53,600 nt of DNA, from the IMG/VR virus record IMGVR_UViG_3300030708_001013, positions 1 through 53,600 of that record. One strand, written 5' to 3'. The position numbers and the translations under genes are program-made. The notes beneath the pieces are model-generated. The model was not told where the DNA came from. It made no database searches and saw only the letters and a program-made list of their open reading frames with translations. Shown here one piece after another: positions 1 to 12,000 of the stretch. Numbering within the stretch: the first letter of the stretch is position 1; each line of letters opens with the position of its first letter. This DNA comes from a virus. Taxonomy: Duplodnaviria > Caudoviricetes.

Positions 1-28
1 AAATATAAGCTTTGTTAGCTCTTCCATA
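1..28. repeat. Terminal overlap, left copy (circular assembly / circular permutation)
   Basis: 1-28 aaatataagctttgttagctcttccata matches 53573-53600 aaatataagctttattagctcttccata at 27/28. The mismatch is synonymous (AAC/AAT, Asn) in the giant minus-strand ORF. Confidence 0.92.
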
Positions 29-3000
29 TCTTATTAACTCTCTACCTTGTCTTGTTCCAAACAATAAAGAATTTTGCATTAATGTTTTAGGAGATACAAC
101 ATTTCTAATGGCACCATATTGATTATCAGGAGTTATTGGTACTAAATCTAATGCTCTATCCATAATTAACATAGATTGAGTTATTTCCCCTGGAACTATT
201 CTTTCATCAACTGTATTATTATTTAACTGATATTTAGTAGGTACTCCATTAGTAAGTCTAATAGCTTTCTTAACTACACCTAACATTTCCATATCATTAG
301 TTTTTTCTACTTCTTTTAGAACATCCATTTGATCTTGTATAGTTCCAAATATTTTTTGTATATCTATATCTTGATCTAATAATTTAAAATAAAATTCTAC
401 GTTTAATAAATATTCTCTAACTTCTTGCTCTGAATATCCACTATCCATTCTATTTAATTGAGTAAATACATTAGGACTTTTATTAATAGATATTTTATCT
501 ACTGTATCTTTTAATGAATCAAACTCTAATATAGATTTAATTAATTGTTTATTACTTGTAATCTGTAAATCAACTATAAGGTCTACAGCTTTTTGGTAAT
601 TAAGTTTATCTATTTCATTTAATATTTTATTATCAATAGTATCATTTAATACAGACATATATAACATTGATTGTATATCACCTGGAAGTTTACCAATATT
701 TTTAAACTTCATTATAACTTTTTCAGCTTTTACTAATGCTTTTAAAGCAAGTGTATCTATATCTGGTTCTTTAATATAAGTATTATTATCTATAGAATAT
801 AATTTATCTTTTTCTATTTTTTTAATTTTACCATAAATTGTATTATAATGTATTTCACTACCATTTACTTTATCAATTTCAATTCCAGAATTTATTAATC
901 TGTCAGCTAAATCATTATATATAATTTGTTTATTAGATAAATGACCATTATTTCTGATAGAATTTCTAATGTTTAATCTTTTATCAACGGAGTATGGTAT
1001 ATTAGTATCTTCTAATTTTGCATTTGGTAATCTGTCAAATAATATATATCTATTATAATCAAATATATCTTTAATTCTAGACATCATTAATTTAGCATCC
1101 ATAACTCTGTCAGGTGTACTAACACTAACTAATATAGTTTCTCCTTCATTATTCATAAAGGCAACGTCTTGTATTTTATTTGTTGATAATTTATCTCCAG
1201 ACATAGATGTAAAAAAGTCTACGCTTATTGGTTGTAAATTAGCTGGTCCATCAAATGCTTGATCTTCATTTCCATATGTAGGTTTACCTTTTGCATCATC
1301 TACATATGATAATAAATATCTTCCTACTACTTTTTTATCCTTATCAATTAATCTATATGATAAAATTTTTCCTGTTCTTGGATGTCTTTTTACTCTATCA
1401 ATTGTATATCCTTTTGGTGGAACTAAATATGTTTCAACATAACTATCTTGACCAGGTGGTAAGAAATTATAAGCTAATATGGTTCCAGGAAATTCTTTTA
1501 ATAATTTATCAGATGATTCTTTAGGTGTATTATAATTACTAATAAAGTCTAAATCATGTACAAGACCACCAGGTTTTCTGTAAACAGTTCCTTGTGTAGC
1601 AAGAACAATACTGCCTGTTAAAAATATATTTTCATCAGTACCAATGCTATTCATAATATCTTTAGCTAAAGGACTTTCATCAAATGCATCTTGAAATCCT
1701 ACTTGAACTCTATCTTCAATAGGTAGCGTTCTAATAAAGTCTTCTCCAGAAAAAGTTTTATTAATTACATTTTCTATTAAAGGCTCAAGCATAGACATAT
1801 CTAATGATTTTATTCCTGTAGCTATATCTAAAGCTATACGTCTAGCTTCTTCAGCTTGTGTTCTTACTTCATTATATTCATCAAGAAGTTTTTCTTCGTA
1901 ACCTTTTTGAAGTAAATCTTTAAACATTAATCTAACAGCTTCTATTCTACTTTTCTTTGATTTATTTGGCTGTTTAGCTAAATAATTTTTATAAGCTGGT
2001 GATTTTTTAAACTTATCATCATTTAATAAATCAATACTATATTTTCTTTGCATCATAAAACTAATAGTTTCTGCTAATGCAATAGCTACTTGTTCTATAT
2101 CTAATTCATCTAATGCAATTTTTTTATTAACAATATCTATAAATAATGTATCTGCATCTGAAATTTCAAAACCATATTTTTCTAAAGTTTTTAAAACATT
2201 ATCATTAATTAATTCAGACTGAACAATCATACTAGCTGTCATTTCTGAATTAGAAATATTTTTTAATTTATCAGATAAATCAATTCTTTCTAAATGTTGT
2301 GACAACAATGGAAATGTTGGTATTTTCCCTACTCTAGCAATGTATTCATCTAAAGTTTCTTGATCTCCCATCTTTAATGAATGCCAAGTAATTTGTTCTT
2401 GAGTATGCTTTCTATAATAATTAGTTGCAGTTTCTTTAGGATGAATTTTTCTTCTTTGATTTCTACTTAATAATGCTCTAGCTCCTGCAATATTAGATTC
2501 TATTTCTCCGATATTAGTTACATATGTATAGAATTGAAAATCTTTTTGTGATTGATGAATTGGTGTTCTATATCTAAATGCTGATGCAACTAATTGAGCA
2601 AACGTTGAAAAGAACTCATCTTCCCATCCTGAAACTGAATCATATTCCATTAATGCATTTTTAACACCATCAGTAGGAAATCCTTTTAACATCATATCAA
2701 TAGCATTTTTCTTTATAAACTCTGTATCTCTTTCACCTGTTTGATTTCCAAACATTTCTTGTTTATTTTTTAAAGATACATTAGGACTGCTTTCTAATAT
2801 TTTTAATATAATAATAACATTATCTAATATTGTACGCATTGTTTCATTATGACTTGCTTGTAGATTAGATCCTGTTTCAGTTTTAGGTATATTAGAATGA
2901 TCTTGTATAGCATGTTGCAGTTCATGAAAAAATGTTTCTAAAAATGGTTCACTAAAAGCTCTCATAAATTTAGGACCATCATATATAACTATTTCAGCAG

Positions 3001-6000
3001 GTCGACCTTTATAAGCACTCTGATAAGATCCTAAAGTAGCATTAGTATTTTTATCTTTATCTGATCTAAATCTTACCATTAAATCTTTTAGTTCTGGATA
3101 AGCTTTAAATAAAACAGGATGCTTTATTAAATCTCCAAGTTTTATATTTCTTCTTGTAGGTAAAATTCCATTATATCTAAATACTACTTTACTATCATCT
3201 ATTTCTAATCTCCAACCACCATCTTTTGTAAATCTATACAATCCAGTTTCAGCAAATATTTGATCTTCAGTTTTTCCTTCTGCTACTAATTGATTTGCTA
3301 AATCAATTAACTCTAGATTTATTCTATCTTCTTGAATAAAAGATGCAGTTAAATCAGGATCAATTTTTTTAGGAATAAAGTTTATATTTTTTAATGCTTG
3401 TTTTTTTATGTCTTTATTTCCAGCTTCTTTTAATAAGAATTTTTGTAATACATATTGTCCATACTGTACTGCATTATCAAACTTAATATTATCTGTATTA
3501 TCGTTTATAAAATTTTCTGCTAATTGTTGATGATTAACACGAATACTTTTGTCTGGATATCTTTGTACAATATCTCCAGTAGCAACAGCTCTTATATCGA
3601 TTCCTAAATCTCTATAGTATCCACCTAAATTAACTAACTCTAACATAATATCTGATACTGAAATTTTATTAGCAGGAGTTTTCTTTGGTGTAACTGTATG
3701 TTTTTTATCTGTTTGTTTTTTAAATATTCCTGATTGTGATCCTGATTTTGCAATTCTTTCATATCCATTATTTTCAAGATATGCAGCTATTTGTTCTTCT
3801 CCAAGATTATAACTATATCTTTTTAAATGATCAGCAGTATCCATTACAAATGTAGAGCCAGCTTCTATAGCTTTATCTATGTTTTTATATTCTCCTTGCA
3901 ATATACCATCTACAATAGGATCATATCTATCTCTTCTTTTACCATTAGAAGAAATCATTATAATATCTTCTGCAGTATAATTACCTGTATTAGCTAACCC
4001 AAATAACTCATCATACATTTTTCTATATTTATCAGTGGAGGAATTTTCTTTTCCTTGTCCTATAAATTGTGTAGCTATTTGTGTTTTAACTTGTTCTTTT
4101 GGAACATGTTTTAAAGCACTAGGATTTGAGTAGTTTCTTATTTCTTTTGTAGCTTTTTCTTGTACAGTTAATTTTTTAGGTTTTTCTTCAGGAAGTCTTT
4201 CTTTACTTTGCTCTACTAAATCATCGTATTTTTCTTCTTCTTTTTTTCTTCTTTCTTTTACTTTTTCAGCTTCTATTTTACTTTGTTTTTTATAGTCTTC
4301 ATTGTATTTATTTAAAGTAGATATAGCAGTAGGCTTTGAAAGTCTTTTTAATCTAACAGGATCTTCAGCTTTATCTTGTTCTGCTTGTAATTTTGGATTT
4401 ATATCTATTGCAACTAATATATTAAATAATTCTTCTGAATTAATTTCATTTGTTTCATATGCTTTTGCAGTTACTTCTTTTGATTTAGAGTTTATAACTT
4501 CTAATATATCAGGAGTAATAAATTGAGCATAACTTCCAGTCCATGTACTATTTTTTAATCTATGATCTAAAAATAAAACAGTAGATAAAGCTATTTTTTC
4601 TTCTTTAGATAAGTTATCAAATGATTCTCTTAAAAAAAGTATTTCAGTTTGAGTTAAATCTTTTGATCTAGTTCTATTATCTAGTTGTATAAAACCTGAT
4701 TTACTAACTGTTAATTTCTTTAATAGTTTAGATGTGCTTTTCTTTTCAAGAAGTTCAACAGCAGCTTGTCTTTGCTTTCTTATCCATGTTCCTTTTACTA
4801 TTCCTTTGCCACCATTAGATTCATATAAAGATTGTAATATATTAAATACATTTAATACTTCATTAACTTCAAGATATATACCTAATAATCCACGATCACT
4901 TTCTCCAAACTCATCAGTAAATAATTCAATTAATGAATAAAAATAACTAGTTGATTTTTCATCTGTTTCATATTGTCTTACTAAAATATTTAAAAGATCT
5001 TTAGAAATTAATTTATCTAATGCAGGTATATTATCTAATCCTATTTTTATATACTCATTAATTACATTATCAGAATGTTCTGCTAGTGGATTAATACCAG
5101 ATGTTACATCTGATACAGCGTTTCTACTTTGCATAATTCTTATAAGATTATCTTTACCTACTACAGACTTATGAGTTGCATTTAAATTTCTAATACCTCT
5201 TAATGCTGCTTTACTAAATTTTTTATGTGATTTTAAAAGTAATTTTAAACGAAGTATTTCAGTTTCTAAATCTGCTTTTGTTTTTAAATAACTAAATAAA
5301 TTTTTATCTTTAATAACTTTTTCAATTAATATATCTAGTTCTTCTTCAGGAAAAAATTTCTTATGTGTATAAAAAGGATTTTTATTTTCTTTGTTTATAC
5401 CCCCATTAACCATTTTTTTAGTTGATCTTCTTACTCTTAATAATTCATTAAATAGTTTTATATGATCAGACTTTAAAAATTCTATTAATGTTTTTGCATC
5501 AGCTCCTGCTAAAGAATCTTTAACCGCATCATTATTACTTGGAATATCATTATTATTTATATTGCTAAATAATAAAGCAGCAAGTATAGGTGCTGTATCT
5601 GCATTTATATTAGCAAAGAATAATCTAGGGTCTTTATGATCATCTAATGCTTGGTTTAAAAATATATCAAAAATACTTTTAGTACTTCTATAAGATGTTC
5701 TTGATTGTATATTTGCTCTATTTCCTTTTATTATTGGTTCATTAATAGTTATATCTTTATCTTTTAATCGAAGAGTTATTCGTTCAGGAATATCTATTGC
5801 ATCACTTAATAAAGCAGAAGAACCAAATGGATCAATATCTATAGAGTTAGTATTAGAATAAAAAGCATTATGCACAGCAATAATACCAATAACTTTATTT
5901 CTAACTAAATTAATATCAATAGAGTTTTCTCTTCCTGCTATTGAACCAAATTTTAAATCTTCATATATAGGATCAGACTCTCTATTAATTACAGAATCAA

Positions 6001-9000
6001 ATGCATCTTTAGGAATATCACCTTTAACATTATAATATTCAAAGGTATCAGCATTAATCCACATAATATGCTCTAATAATAAAGCTTTGTTTTCTAAAGT
6101 ATCTTGTAAATCTTTTCCTTTAGATTTAGATTTAAATACAAATTCTAAATTAAACACACCTTTTGGATTAACAACAACAAAGTTACCATCTACTAATTTA
6201 TACATTCCATTTTTTAAATTCTTTACTTTTCTAGCAAGTACTAAACTAAATCCTTTATCACCATCAAGGTCTTCCCCCATAGCTATACGAATACCATCTT
6301 CAGGAACAGCTACGTTAGTTTCAGAGTATTTATCACTAACAGGATTTTTTAATCTATTAAAAGAATGAGATGCATATGCACCAGATGGAACACGAGTTCT
6401 ATCTATAATTTCTCCTGGTATAATATAAGAACCATTTCTTTTTTCTATTTCATGTTCTAATACATGATTAATATCAGGAGTACCATCTTCTTTAACCCAG
6501 AACATATCAGCAAATATACTTGGATATTTTTTAATAAAATCTATAGCATCTTCTAATGAACCAAAAGGTTCGCCATTAAAATCAGTTCTAGTTTCATATC
6601 TTCCACCAACAATATTAACATTTATTCTAGCTAATTTAATTAAGTTATTTCCATTTTTATCTGTTACTTCTTCATATGGTGTAAGCTGTAGGTCTGCTTG
6701 TCCCATAGTTTGAGTAGCTAATCTTTTACCTTTATGTGCTAATAACTTTTTAGCTTGTGAAAGTTTTATATTTAATATTTCTTGTACAAATCTAGGATCA
6801 TTTTCAACGTCTAATCCTAATGCATAAGCTTCTTGTAATGCTGGACTTGATGTTTCATTTATTATTACTTTTAATTCTGCTTCATCAAATCTTGATAATG
6901 CAGCTTCATTTCTTAACTTAACTGCTTTTAATCCATTATTTAAATAAACTCTTTGTGTTTCTCCTAACTTAACATTATGTTCTATATTTAAACCATTAAA
7001 GTGTGCTTGTCTTTGACTAGGTATTTGACCATCATGATTAGAATTATTACTATGATGTAAGTCTTGAGATACAATTAAATTATCATTTTCTTCATATTTA
7101 ATAATTTTAGGATCTTCATTGTTTTCCCAATTAGTATTTTCTAAACGACTTAACTTTGCACCTGAAGGAAATACTATTGCTTCTATTTTATTATCTGGAT
7201 TATTTTTATTCCATGTATCTATATATGATTTTAATTTAGACATAACAGGATTAGAATCTCCAGCTAAATCCATATTAATCCAGTTTACTTTAATTAAAGT
7301 TCTATCTCCTGGTGTAGATGTAGATATATGTGCTTTTAGAGTATCTGTATCTTTTATTTCCATGTCATCTGCAATCTCTATTAACTTGTCATTAGTTAAC
7401 ATTGCTTGTCCATCAAATGCATCTCCTCCTGAATCTGTAATTCCTGGTATGTCTTCTATTTGAATTACATTTAAAGAGCCTCTATATCTCATACCATCTG
7501 TTAATATTTGAGATTGTCTTGCTATAATATTTAAAAAGTTAGCAGCAAGTTTTTGATCTTCTGACATATCTTTTGTTTTTTTATCTGACAACATATAATT
7601 AGATATATCGCCATGCATAGCATTCATAAGTATTATGTCATTGATAGCATAATGTGCTTCCATTATTTCTTTTTTTGTTAAATTTTTATCAGGATAAGAT
7701 TCAATTAATTTAACAGGATCTACAAATAACTTTTTAGCATCTTTATTTTTAGGCAATAAAGCTAAAGCTTTTTTAGCAGCATTAAGTAAATTAGATTTTT
7801 TAGTTCCATAATATTCCATTAACACAAAAGGTGCTGCACCTTTTTCTCCAAACCTACCCATATGATGATAGTAAAGATTTTTATCTTTAAGGTTTTTATT
7901 TATATTTCCTATTATTTCATTATCAAATATTTCTTCTATGATACTAGCAATTTCAACACCTGACATATTAGCTACATCTAAATTTTCAAACTCAACACCA
8001 TCAAGAAACATAACAAATCTTTGTTTAATATCTTTGTCTAATTCTTCTGGTATATTTAAACTTTTATATAGTTTGTCTATTATAAAATCAAAATGAGAGT
8101 CACCTCTTATTGCACTCTTTTGTGATTTTTCTACATTTGTAAACATTGGGTTAGATGTAAATTCACTAATATCACTCTTCATTACTGAATATAAAATACC
8201 TTCAGGTATTCCATCTTTTTCTGGAAAACCAAATACTGTAACAGTTCTATTATCTATTTTTTTATCAACAGCAGCACCATGTAGTATAGCATCTTTTAAT
8301 TTAGATCTTTTAGCTGGTCTTTTCTTTCCTGTTTTACTAACTGATATTTCTAAATCTTCTGATGTTAAAGTCATTATTCTTCTAACAATAGAATTATTTC
8401 TTTCTAAATTTATGTCAGCTAGTTTAGATATAGGTATTCCTGTATTTTCTTCAACAACAGAAAGTATTATAACTATTTCTAAAGATGTAAGATCTTCAAT
8501 ATTTTTATCAACTATTGGTAATAACTTTTCATAATGCTCTAGTTTTAAATCGGGATTATCATGAACATCTAAAACAGAGTCATACATTTCTTCAAATGGT
8601 AAAACTAAATTACTCATTTGTAATTTATCGCCTAGCTTTTTAAAATATCTTTGAACATGATTAGAAATATTTTTTCTATGAAAAGATCTCATATCTTCTA
8701 AAGAATTAGTTTGTGCAATTTTTTGTATTAATCTTTCTAATGATGTTGCATGAGTACCTTCTTTAAACTCTTTATATTTTTCTTCTGAAGATATAGCATC
8801 AATAAACCAATCAGCATCTTTTAATCTAATTATATTTATAGTTCCAGTTCTTCTATTTGATGCAGCTATTATTTGTTGTTGTATTTTTCCTTTTAAAAAT
8901 CTATCACCATGTGTGCTATCAAACTCCATATCTGAAGAAGTTGATTCTAACTGTTCTATTTCTTGATCTCCTTCTGGAGAGTTTTCATTAGGTAAAAAAG

Positions 9001-12000
9001 AATAAGTCATATCTGGATACATCATATGTAGTTTTTTTAATGCTCTTTTTCTTTTTCTTTCTACATTTGATTTATCATCATATGCTTCGCTTTCTAAAAT
9101 CTTTAATACTTCGATAGCAATAAATCTTTCAGTTTCACTTCTTGCTGTAATTACTTTTTGTTTTACTTCTTCAATAGCTTCTTGTTTAGCTTCTCTTATT
9201 TTTTTAGACATACGTTTTAATTTTTTAGCAGGAGTATCAGATTTAGTTTCAATAAATCTTTCAACTGCTCTTTTGCCAGTAGAGCCTATATCTTTTTCTA
9301 TTTCTTCTGCTATTTTTAAATCTGATGTAGACATTTCTTTTATTAGATTATTTTTAACTTCACCAGAAAAGTTTTGTAAAACAGCTACATTAAAATCATT
9401 TTTTTGTTTATCAGTAATTAAATCAAACAAATCATTTTCTAAATCATTTTCCCTAGAGTCTTGCGATCCATATCTATTTTGAACTAATGATATAAATAAC
9501 TCAAAATCTCCTCTTGAATCTTGAGAGTATGTATTTAAATAATCTAAAATTTTCTGTGCTTTTATTGCTTTCTTTGTAGGCTTACCTTTATATTTATATT
9601 TAGATATTGTAGTTAATTTACTTCTAATTGACTTTAAATTTTTTTCAGCTGTAAAACTTATTAAAGCACGACCACTCATTAATTTTTTTAAATTAAGTTC
9701 TAATGATTCTTCTTCTAATACTCTTGCAGCACTATCACCACCTAAACTTATTGAAGGAGTTAATATAATTTTATTGTCTACATTAGTTGCTTGAAAAATA
9801 CCACCTGCTGTTCTGCCTCCAGCAGCTTGCTCAACAGCTATAGTTTCTCCAATAAATATCTCTGTATCAGGTTGCTCTGCTAACTTTTTAATCATTGTAT
9901 CAACAAAGTTTTCTAATTGAGATCTTATTCTTTTTCTTGAATTAGCTAAACTAGCTACAGATACTTGTCCTTGTTGAGTTTTTTCAAGTTCATCAAACAA
10001 TCTTAATTCTTTTTCTAGAAAATCTATTGCAGCTTTTCTTTTAGCTTCTATATATTCTTTTTTAGATTTGTAACCTTGTTTTTTATACTCATTTGGATTA
10101 GCTAATGCATTATTATATTCTTTAATATATGCATCATTTGATCTTTTAAATTCACCACTTTTAATTTTTCTATTAATAAGAGCTTCAGCTTGTTTGTTAG
10201 TTTTTGTAATATTAATTAAATTTAATCCTGAAAATAATCTTTTATATGTTGCACCTAACTCTTTATCTTTTTCTAATTCTTTTCTTTTCTTTGCATCTAT
10301 CTTAAATACATTAGTAGTAAATTGCCTTTCTTCAATAGTAGTTTGTCCTGTTTTATCTTTAGTTGTTCTTGTTCTTGTATCAGTAGTTATAACATTTATT
10401 GGTTTAATAATACCACTATCTATTAAATTAGATAATAGTTCTGCATCTTCTTTATTTTCAGCTAATCTAACAATTAATCTTTCTGAAACAATTTGTCTTA
10501 TTGCTTTCTCTTTTATTCCTTCTGTTACTTCTGTTTTACTTTCTGCTGCTAATTCTTCAGCACGTTTATTAACTATAGAGTTTAAATCAGAAAGACTATC
10601 TATATTTAATCCTTGTTGCACTAAAAATTGTTGTTGTTTACCTGGTCTTAATATAGCCCCAACAATACCTTTTTGATACCATTTTTTATTTGCTTCAAAG
10701 TCTAACATTGATTTAACAAACTGTTCTGTTTGTTCAAATGCTTCAGCTGCTTCTTCATCAGTTCTAAAGTCTCCTTTACTTTGAAATTCTAAAAAGTTTT
10801 TTAACATATCTATTTGTTGAGAAAATTCTTCTTGTAAAGTATCGCCTCTTAATTTACTAACAACACCTGCACCTGCAGGTATAATACCTACAGCTGTTAA
10901 TATTGCTGATGCTTCTTTAGGATGTAATACAGGAAAGAATGCTTTATCAACTAGGTTTTCTGCATAAGACATTCCTTGTGCTTTACGTTCATCTGAATCT
11001 AAACCTAGTATAGCAGAAGTTGTCATTTCAATCCATTCTTCTGCTGCTTCTTCAAATATACTTCCGTATTGAGAAATTTGTTTAAAGTCTTTCATTAACT
11101 GTGTTTTGCCAGATAATGATTTACCAATAGTATTGTTATCAAAAAAATCTTTTGTAGTTTTAGCTATAGCTGGACCACCTAAAGTTTTGTATGCTTTACT
11201 TTTTACTACACTATCTTTAACTGGTTTAAGAAGTTTATGTACTCCAATGTTTTTAAATAATTTTGAAGCAAGATCAAATCCTACAGTTTCTACTAATATA
11301 GCTAATACAGCTTGTGCTTCTTTTTTTGCTATATCTGCACCTGTAAATTTATCAAACTTAAACTTACCATCTTCAACATATACAGATTCTAATTCTTCAT
11401 TTTTTAAATCACTAAATACTTTTGGTTGTTGAATTAATAAACTTCCTGGACCAGCTATTCCTAATCTAGCACCTTTAGATTTTATAAAAGTAGAAACATT
11501 TTTATGATATGCTTCTTCCATTAAGTTTCTATACATTTGATTTCTAGTAACAGCTGGTATTTTTTGACCTTTTGCATCTAGTTTTCTAACTTTTCTTAAA
11601 ATTTCTTTTGATTGTTCTTTTGTTATTTTAAATGGACTAGCAACATTTATTACTTCTTTACCACCTTTTAATTGAGTATATAATCCTCTAACAGTTTTTC
11701 CATCTTTAGATGACTCAAGAATAGAAGCTATTTTATTACTAATTCCTTTTTCTAAAGGTTTTACACTACCTGCTAATGCTCTACCTGGTGCTAAAAATGA
11801 TGCCATATAAGGTAATGATTCCAAAAATACATCAGCTACAGTACCACCCCATGTATTACCTCTATATTTTTCTATTAAAGTATCATTATACCAAGATGCT
11901 ACTTTTTTTTCAGCTGCTTCTCTTTCCATAGGATCAACATAATCATCAGCATCTAAACGTAATAATGTTTCTTCTATTTCCCTTTCATCTCTTTGTGACC

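Noticed and set aside
5560-7690. N4-like (T7-type single-subunit) virion RNAP
   Set aside because: The motifs are two-barrel type (RxP...DxDGD), not T7-family. The genome also lacks recognisable N4 RNAPII and DNA polymerase genes.
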